Positions 32,907 to 40,659 of a stretch of 40,659 nucleotides of DNA are shown in pieces; position 1 is the stretch's first letter; the number at the start of each line of letters is the position of its first letter. The stretch comes from Candidatus Binatia bacterium (lineage in GTDB: Bacteria; Desulfobacterota; Binatia; UBA9968): contig JBIOXP010000397.1 of the NCBI GenBank assembly GCA_044869705.1, positions 1 to 40,659 of the forward strand, in the 5' to 3' direction. The translations under genes and the position numbers were made by a program. Under the pieces are notes generated by a model. It made no database searches. It worked only from the letters and a program-made list of their open reading frames with translations, and had not been told where the DNA came from.

Positions 32907-33698
32907 TCAAATCCTTGCGCGCCAGTTTTCGACGGTGCCATGATTGTTTTGCGCAATCCAGTCGGTGGCCTCGATATGTTGCCCGGTCATTCCGCGGCCG
33001 TTCTGCGAGGCGAGAAACAGCGCCGGCGGCGCCATGATTTCTGGGCGCAGGAAAATAAGGTCGGGATTTTTTTTCAGCTGAGCGATTTTTTCCGGATCGG
33101 TGAGAATCGAGTGCTTGCCGGGGGACAGGGAATTGACGGTGATATTGTAGGGTTCGAATTCCAGAGCCAAACATTGCGTGAGAGCTTCCAAACCGAACTT
33201 CGAGGCGCAATAAGGGACTCTTCCCGCGATGCCTTTTTTGCCGCCGCCGGCGGAGATGTTGATAATAGTGCCGGCACCGCTGCGGCGCAGCAGCGGCAGA
33301 CATTCCTTGATGCATAAAAACGGCCCGCGGAGATTGACATTGATGGTCGAATCCCAATCCTCAAGCGTGAGATTCACGAACGGAATGTAGTAGCTCGATT
33401 TGTCGCCCAGTTGGTTCATACGCAGGGCAGCATTGTTGATCAGAATATCGAGACGGCCGAATCGGCTAGCGACGGCTTCCACCATGCGCCGAACGTCATC
33501 CGGCTGCGAAACGTCGGCCCGAATCGCGAGGGCTTGAGCGCCGACAGCTTGGCCTTCGCGGGCCGTCGCTTCGATATCCGCGAGCGTACGCGAAACGACC
33601 ACCAGGTGAGCGCCGGCTTTGGCAAAGCCGAGGGCCAGTGCTCTGCCGATGCCGCGGCCAGCGCCTGTGATTAGCGCTATCTTGCCATCCACTCCCAT
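32907..33698 (-). CDS. classical short-chain dehydrogenase/reductase (SDR)
   Basis: 'KIALITGAGRGIGRALA' (TGxxxGxG), 'NNAA', and catalytic 'YCASK'. Confidence 0.9.
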   Translation of the reverse strand: MGVDGKIALITGAGRGIGRALALGFAKAGAHLVVVSRTLADIEATAREGQAVGAQALAIRADVSQPDDVRRMVEAVASRFGRLDILINNAALRMNQLGDKSSYYIPFVNLTLEDWDSTINVNLRGPFLCIKECLPLLRRSGAGTIINISAGGGKKGIAGRVPYCASKFGLEALTQCLALEFEPYNITVNSLSPGKHSILTDPEKIAQLKKNPDLIFLRPEIMAPPALFLASQNGRGMTGQHIEATDWIAQNNHGTVENWRARI

Positions 33699-33702
33699 CG
33701 TA

Positions 33703-34827
33703 CTAACGAGAGAAAAGTTGCCGAGCGTTGGCGCCGAGAATCTTGTTTTTGACCGCCTCGCTGATGTCGGTCCGTTCGCGAAATTTCACAAATGAATTTG
33801 GGTGACTTTCGGAATGAGGCATATCCGATCCAAGTAAAAGACGGTCTTCACCAAGAAGATCGAGCGCGCCGCGCAGTTCGTCGTCGACTTCGCACACCAA
33901 ATAAATCCGCCCATCGCGCAAAATCTCGCCAGGCATCACTTTCGAATGGCCGAAATCGGGATCGTTCCTAAAAAAACCTTGGCCCATTCGCCAATAGGAA
34001 TCCATCACGTGAACTAGCCACGGTAGCCATTCGACGCCGGCTTCGGCAAAAACAAACCGCAGGTTGGGAAATCGCTCGGCAACTCCGGTGCCGACGATGG
34101 CGAGAAAGCCCATCAACAGCGAAGCCCGATTCGAGAAGGCGATCGACATAAAAAGATTTTGGAATAAACCGGTGAATGTCGGACTCTCAAAACCGATGTG
34201 CACATAGACGGGAATATTCAGTCGTTGGGCCTCCGCCCAAAACGGATCGAAATCGCGGCTGTCGAGCAATCGATCACCGGCCATGCCATGAATTTCCGCC
34301 GCCGCCGCGCCAAGATCAACGACGCGCCGCAGCTCGTCGACGGCGCTCTGTATATGGGTCAACCGGACCATCGCGTTCCAGCGGAGTCGGCCGCGACTTC
34401 GAGCGCAGGCTTCGGCGATCCAGGTGTTGTAAGCGCGGCATAATGCGTGCTCAAATTCGATATCAGGCGAGAGCGTGGCGTTGAGCAAAGTCGAGTTGAT
34501 GAGTTGCGTTTCGATACCGAAGCGGTCCAGATCGCGCAGTCTCTCCTGGATATCGGTCAGTTCCTGACTTGCGATAGCGAAAGGTTTTCGGCGGGCATGG
34601 TGCGAACTGGTCGGCGTGCCGAAGAGCGACAGGCCCTTTCCGGCCGTGCGCGGTACTACTGCGCCGTCAATCAACCAAAATGCATTCTGTCCCAGCAGCG
34701 CCGGTTCGCCTTCGAGCGTAACGGGAATCGGCCGCCGGCGGGAATATTTCTCATCGAGGTATTTCCATGTGTGGACGGATTCTTCGACATGGGCATCGAC
34801 GTCAAAAGTTGTGAAAGGCGTGTTCAC
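33703..34827 (-). CDS. amidohydrolase_2 family metal-dependent hydrolase/decarboxylase (ACMSD/LigW-like)
   Basis: 'FDVDAHVEE' N-terminal metal motif, 'VYVHIG', 'FAEAGVEWLPW', 'LLGSDMPHSE'. Confidence 0.8.
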   Translation of the reverse strand: MNTPFTTFDVDAHVEESVHTWKYLDEKYSRRRPIPVTLEGEPALLGQNAFWLIDGAVVPRTAGKGLSLFGTPTSSHHARRKPFAIASQELTDIQERLRDLDRFGIETQLINSTLLNATLSPDIEFEHALCRAYNTWIAEACARSRGRLRWNAMVRLTHIQSAVDELRRVVDLGAAAAEIHGMAGDRLLDSRDFDPFWAEAQRLNIPVYVHIGFESPTFTGLFQNLFMSIAFSNRASLLMGFLAIVGTGVAERFPNLRFVFAEAGVEWLPWLVHVMDSYWRMGQGFFRNDPDFGHSKVMPGEILRDGRIYLVCEVDDELRGALDLLGEDRLLLGSDMPHSESHPNSFVKFRERTDISEAVKNKILGANARQLFSR

Positions 34828-34877
34828 TTCCGCGTCCGATCGTTCAGGGTATACACCGTAGGGGAATGCGGTCCGAT

Positions 34878-35573
34878 TCAGTTTTTTGGCCAGGGCCGAA
34901 TCTCGGAATCCGATCGCAATTTTCGCGGATCGTAAACCTCCATATGTGTGAACTCAGAAATTTTTCGGCGCGGTTTGGCCTTCGGCCAGCTCTGAGCGTG
35001 GCCAATGGGCACGACCCAGAGAAGACGCAGCGGTTCGGGAACTTGAAACAATTGTCGCAATTCAGGTTCCACCTCTTCACGAACGGAAACCCATACCGTC
35101 CCGAGGTTCATGCTTGCCGCAGCGAGCATCATCTGCTGCACGGAATTGGCCATGCTCGCTTGAAAGAGCTTTTCCCGGTCTCCCTGCTGGCGCGTGGTTA
35201 AATAAACCGCCTTGGTTCTCGGATCGCCGCACGCGAGCACGATTACACTCACGTCGCCGACGTAATCTTTTTTGAGTCCTTTATAATTGACAGGGTCCTC
35301 GCGTTTGCGCTGGCGCCATTCGTTATCGTAGATTTCGCGGATGCGCCTCATTTTCTTTCGGTCACGGGTGACGACAAATTCCCACGGTTGCGTGTTGGCT
35401 CCCGAGGGCGCCCAGCGCGCCGCTTCGAGGATGAGGTTGAGCTGCGCTTCGCTCACTTTGCCGGTCTTATACACGCGCACGCTACGCCGCTTTTGAATGA
35501 TGCTCATCAGGTTTTGAACGGCGAGATCGACGGTCGCATTATTGGACGCCGACGTTTTTGCTGTTTGCGCCAT
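34878..35573 (-). CDS. nitroreductase family protein (FMN)
   Basis: 'RRSVRVYKTGKVSEAQLNLILEAARWAPSGANTQPWEFVV'. Confidence 0.85.
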   Translation of the reverse strand: MAQTAKTSASNNATVDLAVQNLMSIIQKRRSVRVYKTGKVSEAQLNLILEAARWAPSGANTQPWEFVVTRDRKKMRRIREIYDNEWRQRKREDPVNYKGLKKDYVGDVSVIVLACGDPRTKAVYLTTRQQGDREKLFQASMANSVQQMMLAAASMNLGTVWVSVREEVEPELRQLFQVPEPLRLLWVVPIGHAQSWPKAKPRRKISEFTHMEVYDPRKLRSDSEIRPWPKN

Positions 35574-35645
35574 GAAACCTCCAATCGGGATTTCGTCTCA
35601 GGACTTTCAGGCTGCGCTGATTTGGCGCCATGCGAGGCGCGCAGG

Positions 35646-35659
35646 GTTGTAATTCTAAC
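35646..35659. promoter_or_regulatory. candidate GntR-type operator GTTgtAATTctAAC in the divergent promoter region
   Basis: 10 of 14 positions are dyad-symmetric (GTT..AATT..AAC). It lies 37-50 nt upstream of the gntR ATG and 73-86 nt upstream of the nitroreductase ATG. GntR/HutC operators generally follow a GT-N-AC dyad logic. Confidence 0.25.
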
Positions 35660-35695
35660 GCAGTTGATCTACCCCTAAACATATACGTAGTCAAT

Positions 35696-36454
35696 ATGCG
35701 TTTGGCGAAACGAATTGCTTCTCCAGTGCCTTTGTATTTCAAAGTCATGATGGAGATTCGTGATGACGTCCTTTCGGGGAGATGGACTTATGGTCATCGT
35801 CTTCCCGGAGAAATCGAGCTCGCCCGCCGTCTCGGCGTCAGCGTCATTACGGTTCGACAAGCACTGGCGCAGCTGCGTGCGCAAAGTTTATTGACGCGTG
35901 AATGGCGCAAAGGGACGTTTGTCAGCTGGAAAGGCCCGCTCAAAAAATCGGTGCAGCTCGAAGTCGAAACGGACGAGCTGGCACCGGTCGAGACGGAAGG
36001 GACAACCTTCAAGGTGCTTAATTTGGAAGATGTGGAGCCGTCGCCGGAATTGCGCCGTGATTTCGCATTGTCGGGTCACGAAAAGGTCAGGAAGATCGAG
36101 CGCGTTCGTCTAGCGGATCGCCGGCCGCTCGCCTACGTGATCTCCTATCTGCCGGCGCGCATTGCCGGTCATGTGCGGATCAAAGGGATGAAGACCATAC
36201 CCTTGTCCACCGTGATTGAAAGCTCATTGCGCGTGAAGATCAGCGACGTCAAGCACATCATCGAAGCGAAACTGTCCGACGCTCTGGTGTCCACGCAGCT
36301 GCACATTCCGCAGGGCTCGCCGGTGCTTTACGTCGAGCGCGACCATTTTCATAAAAGACGCCTGATCATGCGCACCGCCGGGTTTTACCGAAGCGATCTG
36401 TTTCGCTACGAGCTGAAGTTGAAACGAAAAAGGATTCGATCGTCTCGTCCGTAG
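35696..36454 (+). CDS. GntR-family transcriptional regulator, HutC subfamily (wHTH + UTRA)
   Basis: 'PLYFKVMMEIRDDVLSGRW..GHRLPGEIELARRLGVSVITVRQALAQL', followed by a UTRA-like C-domain. Start moved to ATG 35696. Confidence 0.85.
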   Translation: MRLAKRIASPVPLYFKVMMEIRDDVLSGRWTYGHRLPGEIELARRLGVSVITVRQALAQLRAQSLLTREWRKGTFVSWKGPLKKSVQLEVETDELAPVETEGTTFKVLNLEDVEPSPELRRDFALSGHEKVRKIERVRLADRRPLAYVISYLPARIAGHVRIKGMKTIPLSTVIESSLRVKISDVKHIIEAKLSDALVSTQLHIPQGSPVLYVERDHFHKRRLIMRTAGFYRSDLFRYELKLKRKRIRSSRP

Positions 36455-36528
36455 CCAAGCGCTGGCTGAGGCCGACCGTCTCATCGGCGGCTCACCGATT
36501 ACCGGAATGTGTTTCTAGGAGGGTCCGC

Positions 36529-37608
36529 GTGGCAATTTTCAGCGGCGAAGTAGGTTTGCAGTTCACGACGCATCTAGCGAGCCGCTATTCGGTCGCGCAA
36601 TGGGTCGAGCTCGCAGCCCTCGCCCAACGGCACAACTTCAGCCAGATTTGGGTGAACGACAATCTGGGCCACAGAAACATTTTTGTGCTTCTGACCGCGA
36701 TCGCCTCGAAAGTACCGATCAAGCTTGGCACTGCGATCCTGGTGCCATATTTCAGAAATCCTGTCGATAGCGCCGATGCACTGGCGGCCTTATCGGAATG
36801 CATGGGCGGCCGCGAGATCAGCGTCGGGATTGCCCGTGGCGATTATGCGCAGGCCGGTAATCAGCTCCGCCTGGTCAAACCGATTGCCATGGTGAAACAA
36901 ACCGTGGAATGTCTAAAGAGCCTTTTGCAAGGCGATACGGTGACGTACGGCGACTACCCGGTTCTTTGCGAGTTCTTCAAGCTGCGCTCCGATTCCAAGA
37001 TCCGGTTAGGTTTTGCCGTGAAATCCCCGATTCGATTTTACTGCGGCGGCAACGGTCCGCGGATCATGGAAATTGCCGGACGCATCATGGATGGTGTTCT
37101 GATCGGCGGATTCTTCATTCCTCTCATCCGTAGCGGCAGGCTCGCCGGCGTGCTCCAGCAAGCCGAGCTCGGGAGAAGAAATGCGGGAAATTCAGCGACT
37201 CTTCGCAAGGTTTGCGAGATCAACATTTCCCTAGCCAGCGACTCCGAAGCAGCGAGAAATTTTCCCAAACGATACATCGCACATATGCTCGTGGTACTCG
37301 AGGCAATGGGTTTCTCCGATGATGAGTTCGGGGCATTGGGGGTGGATGCACAGCGAGTGAGGCAAATTAAGCAAGCCTTCGAAGCAGGCGGCACCATCGA
37401 GCAGGTCTCGGCTCTGATCACCGATGCCATGGTCGATGTCGGTTTTATTGCCGGTACGCCGAACCAGTGCATCGAATCACTCGAAGAAATGTGCGGCCAC
37501 GCGCAACGATACGGCTTCGATCAGATCTGCTTGTCCAAGCTCGGCCCGCACTACGAGGAAGCGATTAGCGTTCTGTCCCGCGATCTCTTGCCGTCGATTG
37601 CGCGATAG
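36529..37608 (+). CDS. LLM-class oxidoreductase (F420/FMN-dependent, Mer-like)
   Basis: 'FSQIWVNDNLGHRN', 'LGTAILVPYFRNP', 'ISVGIARGD'. GTG start with AGGAGG 7 nt upstream. Confidence 0.8.
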   Translation: MAIFSGEVGLQFTTHLASRYSVAQWVELAALAQRHNFSQIWVNDNLGHRNIFVLLTAIASKVPIKLGTAILVPYFRNPVDSADALAALSECMGGREISVGIARGDYAQAGNQLRLVKPIAMVKQTVECLKSLLQGDTVTYGDYPVLCEFFKLRSDSKIRLGFAVKSPIRFYCGGNGPRIMEIAGRIMDGVLIGGFFIPLIRSGRLAGVLQQAELGRRNAGNSATLRKVCEINISLASDSEAARNFPKRYIAHMLVVLEAMGFSDDEFGALGVDAQRVRQIKQAFEAGGTIEQVSALITDAMVDVGFIAGTPNQCIESLEEMCGHAQRYGFDQICLSKLGPHYEEAISVLSRDLLPSIAR

Positions 37609-37660
37609 CCGCCTTGGCTTCGCTTCCAATTATTCTGATTTTCCGACGAGGAATACTTTT

Positions 37661-38629
37661 GTGGCAAAGATGAATGCGCGCATGATGCGGACGAAAATGG
37701 CGCTCGAAGTGGCGGCGGAATTATATACGCGGCGCATGTTCAACATGGGCAACGTGGCGACGATCTCGATTCAGCCGAGTTCGCGCGAAGAGCAATTCCC
37801 GGGCGTTCATATGGGCATCAACGGCGATCTCATGGGCGGCATGAAAGCGCCGATCGAGGTGGCGAAACGACGGGTTGACGTCGCCTTCATCAATCCGTCG
37901 GCTATCGTCACCATGGCTTATCGCGGCAAAGGTTTTTACAAAGAGCGGCTGCCGCTGGGCGCGCTGGCCGCTTTTCCGTCGTGGGACAAAATGGCTTTCG
38001 CCGTCGCCAAGGAGCTGAAGCTCAAATCGCTATTTGAAATTCGCGAGCGCAAGTTGGCGCTGAGAGTCTCGACCCGACCTTCGGGCATCGACAATACGAC
38101 TTACTACTCGGTAACGCAGATTCTTTCGCTCTGCGGACTGTCGTTCGGCAAGATCAAGCAGTGGGGCGGAACGGTTCAGGAAACGCCGCGGCCGACGTCG
38201 CCGGAGCGCTTAGCCGGGATAAGAACGGGCAAGATCAACGCGATTTTCGACGAGGGCCTGCACAATTGGCTGGACGAAGCTCTCGAACACGGATTCGAAG
38301 TGTTGCCGATCGAGCCAAAGATTTTGAAACAGTTGTCGACTCTCGGCTATCAACCGTCGGTCATTCCGGCTTCAAGGTTTAACCGACTCAAAGCCGACGT
38401 CGATACTATTGATTTCAGTGGCTGGCCGCTCATTACGCATCGCGGTTTCAGCAGCGACCTTGCTTACGCCATTTGCCAGGCCATCGACGTGCGACAGGCA
38501 ATTATTCCGATCGACGACGAGGGCCCGCTCGACATGAAAACAATCGCCCGTGGGACAGAAGCCGCGCCCCTCGGCATTCCTCTGCATCCCGGCGCCAAAA
38601 GATACTATCAAGAGAAGGGTTATTTGTAG
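37661..38629 (+). CDS. TAXI-family (TRAP-associated) solute-binding-like protein without a recognisable signal peptide
   Basis: C-terminal 'GIPLHPGAKRYYQEKGYL' is the hallmark TAXI ending. 'VDVAFINPSAIVTMAYRGKGFY' is also present. GTG 37661 has GAGGA 8 nt upstream. The longer track ORF overlaps the LLM gene. Confidence 0.65.
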   Translation: MAKMNARMMRTKMALEVAAELYTRRMFNMGNVATISIQPSSREEQFPGVHMGINGDLMGGMKAPIEVAKRRVDVAFINPSAIVTMAYRGKGFYKERLPLGALAAFPSWDKMAFAVAKELKLKSLFEIRERKLALRVSTRPSGIDNTTYYSVTQILSLCGLSFGKIKQWGGTVQETPRPTSPERLAGIRTGKINAIFDEGLHNWLDEALEHGFEVLPIEPKILKQLSTLGYQPSVIPASRFNRLKADVDTIDFSGWPLITHRGFSSDLAYAICQAIDVRQAIIPIDDEGPLDMKTIARGTEAAPLGIPLHPGAKRYYQEKGYL

Positions 38630-38746
38630 GTCCTACGGACGATCGCAGGATTGGCTCGCACGTTCTTTTGTAGACCCAGAGTTTCTGCGCGTCTGTGAGC
38701 ATCAGCTTTCCATTATCCACGCCGAGCAGCGGTTTGACGGTCGGGC

Positions 38747-38766
38747 GCTTGTTTGATTAAACAAGC
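38747..38766 (+). terminator. perfect 8-bp hairpin GCTTGTTT-gatt-AAACAAGC between the TAXI-like and SBP genes
   Basis: Read directly. It lies 118 nt after the TAXI-like stop and 40 nt before the SBP ATG, and is followed by TT. It could be a weak terminator or an operator. Confidence 0.3.
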
Positions 38767-38805
38767 TTGGCTATCGCCTGCGCCGAAGAAAGTGAGCCTG
38801 TCTCG

Positions 38806-39870
38806 ATGCGCAAAACAGTCCGCCGACTGATATTTTTTGCATTCTGCATATCGCTGCTCCAAGGCGCGGCCGTCGGTGCCGTAACGACCGAGGAGATTGT
38901 CGCGAAAATAAAACTCCTCAACTCGCAAGACAGGTTGAACTATCTCGTTCAAGGGGCGCGCCAAGAAGGTGAGCTGGTCTATTACGGCACGCTCCCGATC
39001 GATGAATTTCTTCCGCTGGCGAGAGTTTTCAACGGCAGGTATCGGTCGCTGGCGCTGCAGCATTACTTCTCGCCCCGTGACGGCATTCTCAGCCGCACAC
39101 TCACGGAAGCGCGCGCGGGTCGGCACGCGGTCGACGTGGTTCAGGTGGATTTGAGTTACGGTTATCAGTTGTTGAACGCTAATCTGGTGCAGCCATACGC
39201 AATCGCCGCGGCCAACCAGTTTTATGAAGGGACGTACGATCCCAGCGGATTCTGGCACAGCATGTACTACTTGACCACGGCGCTGATCTACAACTCCAAC
39301 TCCGTCAAGGCGGAGCAAACGCCGAAAACCTACGACGATCTGCTCAATGTCGCGTGGCGAGGAAAAATGGTCTTCGACCCCGAGGCCGGTTATATTCTTG
39401 CGGCGCTGGAACAAGCTTGGGGCAGAGAAAAAGCGCTTGCGTATCTGAGCAAATTATCCAAGCAGGATCTAACCTACCGTCGCGGCGGCACCCTGACAAC
39501 GCAAGTTGTGAGCTCGGGCGAATTTCCCATCGGCATTGCCATCAACGGCGAGACTTCGGCGGCGATCCGCGACAAGGGCGCGCCTCTCGGATTCAAAGTT
39601 CTCGCGCCGACGATCGTCAAGCCCGAGGGCCTGTTTGTGGCGAAAAATGCGCCCCATCCGCACGCGGCGTTGTTGTTCGTCGAGTGGGTGCTTTCGCGGG
39701 AAGCGCAATCCTTCCTGGCCATGACCTTGGGCAAAGGAAGCGCAATGAAGGGCGTGCGCAGCAAGTACAGAGAGTTCGCCCTAAGGCCGGATTTTGTCGT
39801 GAGCCCGAAACTGGGCGCGAACTTGCAAAATTATATTCAGGATTTTCGCAAAGTGATGAATGCGCCGTAG
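38806..39870 (+). CDS. ABC transporter periplasmic substrate-binding protein (Fe3+/polyamine-type PBP2 fold)
   Basis: Signal peptide 'MRKTVRRLIFFAFCISLLQGAAVGA'. 'GELVYYGTLPIDEFLPLARVFN..Y', 'DVVQVD', 'LVQPY' are typical of SBP_bac_6/8-like proteins. Start moved to ATG 38806. Confidence 0.75.
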   Translation: MRKTVRRLIFFAFCISLLQGAAVGAVTTEEIVAKIKLLNSQDRLNYLVQGARQEGELVYYGTLPIDEFLPLARVFNGRYRSLALQHYFSPRDGILSRTLTEARAGRHAVDVVQVDLSYGYQLLNANLVQPYAIAAANQFYEGTYDPSGFWHSMYYLTTALIYNSNSVKAEQTPKTYDDLLNVAWRGKMVFDPEAGYILAALEQAWGREKALAYLSKLSKQDLTYRRGGTLTTQVVSSGEFPIGIAINGETSAAIRDKGAPLGFKVLAPTIVKPEGLFVAKNAPHPHAALLFVEWVLSREAQSFLAMTLGKGSAMKGVRSKYREFALRPDFVVSPKLGANLQNYIQDFRKVMNAP

Positions 39871-39985
39871 TGGCCGCATTAGAAGATGAAGAAAGATTTC
39901 CCGCTGCCGCTCGAAATGACAACTTACTTTTGGTGGCATTTGGAAGGCGCGAGCGACTGGGAAATACTTCTTAAAATAGACTGCT

Positions 39986-40659
39986 ATGAGACTTGAGATC
40001 GCGGAATTTCCGGTAAACTCGATTCGCCTGGGGCATCGCTTCGGATATAGCGATCATGTGCTCGATGTCGACAAAGAAGCTCTGCTTGCGCTGCTCTCGG
40101 AAGACCCGAGGATCACCGATGTAAAGCTGGCGGTTGCCTCTCCAGGTGAAAAGACGCGCATTACCGGAATACGGGACATCGTCGAACCGAGATGCAAGAT
40201 CTCGGGAAGCGGTGAGGTGTTTCCGGGAGTTTTGGGGCCGGTCGAGAATGTCGGCTCCGGGCGAACGCACCGGCTTTCAAGGATGACGGTGATTGCCGCG
40301 GCGGAGTACGAAGGCACTATCCGAGCCGGAACGACGGTACAAAGAAGCGCGATCCTCGATATGTCCGGACCGGGCGCGGAAGTATCCCGCTTCAGCTCCT
40401 ATGCGCATCTGGTATTGAGCTGCAAAATCTTGCCGGGGCTTGGCGAGCTCGACGCTCATAGCGCAATTCAACAGGCGGAGTGCAAAATCGCGCGGCGGCT
40501 CGCGCAGATCACCGCCGAAGTGACCCCGGCAAACACTATCTTTTATGATCTCAGCGCGAGAAATCCCGAGCTTCCGACCGTCTTGCTTGTGCAAGGATGC
40601 ATCACCGACCCGCAGCATGTACATTCGGGCGTCGGTTACTACGGACTCTCGTTGCGCAA
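39986..40659 (+). CDS. glycine/sarcosine/betaine reductase component B alpha/beta (GrdE/PrdA-like) family protein, N-terminal 224 aa (3' end outside window)
   Basis: Not in the supplied ORF track because it has no stop in the window. My translation: MRLEIAEFPVNSIRLGHRF...VASPGEKTRITGIRDIVEPRCKISGSGEVFPGVLGPVENVGSGRTHRL...ILDMSGPGAEVSRFSS. It matches the conserved GrdE pattern (MRLE..., PGE..RI..V.DV.EPR.K..G.G..FPG, VGSGRTH, DMSGPGAE). Confidence 0.8.
   Translation, partial: MRLEIAEFPVNSIRLGHRFGYSDHVLDVDKEALLALLSEDPRITDVKLAVASPGEKTRITGIRDIVEPRCKISGSGEVFPGVLGPVENVGSGRTHRLSRMTVIAAAEYEGTIRAGTTVQRSAILDMSGPGAEVSRFSSYAHLVLSCKILPGLGELDAHSAIQQAECKIARRLAQITAEVTPANTIFYDLSARNPELPTVLLVQGCITDPQHVHSGVGYYGLSLR

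Noticed and set aside
32701-33357. 218-aa minus-strand ORF overlapping the SDR and OsmC-like genes in another frame.
   Set aside because: It is a basic, Arg/Gly/Ser-rich shadow frame. The SDR frame carries the TGxxxGxG and YxxxK motifs.
38713-39414. 233-aa minus-strand ORF opposite the ABC binding-protein gene, plus the 39354-39974 plus-strand alternative frame.
   Set aside because: The plus-strand 38806-39870 frame has a signal peptide and SBP motifs. The others are low-complexity shadow ORFs.
39971-40624. Three minus-strand ORFs (39971-40270, 40054-40317, 40277-40624) offered by the track at the right edge.
   Set aside because: They lie antisense to the unlisted plus-strand GrdE-like frame, which has strong family motifs and no stop up to the window end.
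1-40659. Looked on both strands for CRISPR-like spaced repeats, rRNA, tRNA, transposase, integrase or phage genes, and toxin-antitoxin pairs.
   Set aside because: I found no regularly spaced direct repeats and no ORF with recognisable DDE, tyrosine or serine recombinase motifs. I also found no cloverleaf-compatible sequence. Absence by eye is not proof, so tRNAscan, Infernal and ISfinder should be run.

Overview
40.7-kb bacterial window, roughly 55-60% GC by hand spot counts, with one conspicuous ~40-47% GC intergenic island. I recognised no rRNA, tRNA, CRISPR array, transposase or integrase. There are three blocks. (i) 1-966 is the 3' part of an animal-type haem peroxidase gene. (ii) 972-22012 is a ~21-kb, strictly minus-strand, tightly packed 16-gene envelope-glycan cluster with several 4-nt ATGA start/stop overlaps. 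In transcription order it encodes: a GH-like/GT2/TM fusion synthase; an MsbA/NdvA-class ABC exporter; two paralogous GT-B-like proteins; a YdjC/ChbG-type deacetylase; a NodS-like methyltransferase; a secreted clan-GH-A hydrolase; a GtrB/ArnC-like GT2 with DUF2304 and a methyltransferase; a GT-C transferase; a GH2; a second GT-C; OpgC; and a degenerate plus an intact SGNH protein. A 0.78-kb AT-rich leader precedes it. Diverging from that leader are a secreted coiled-coil protein and an AsmA-family protein (22.8-26.3 kb). (iii) 26.5-40.7 kb is a redox/catabolic island. It holds a cupin, a Bug/TctC binding protein, an epimerase, a two-component LLM monooxygenase with flavin reductase, and a GntR-flanked operon (nitroreductase, amidohydrolase_2, SDR, Cys-less OsmC-like, nitronate monooxygenase). 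It continues with a second LLM enzyme, a leaderless TAXI-like protein and an ABC binding protein. A GrdE/PrdA-family ORF (39986 to the window end) is absent from the supplied ORF track. The best candidate for an undescribed system is block ii. It combines modules otherwise known from cyclic-glucan (NdvB/NdvA), OPG acylation (OpgC), Gtr/Arn lipid-carrier decoration and Nod-type deacetylation/methylation. All family calls come from motif recognition by eye and need HMM or structure confirmation.
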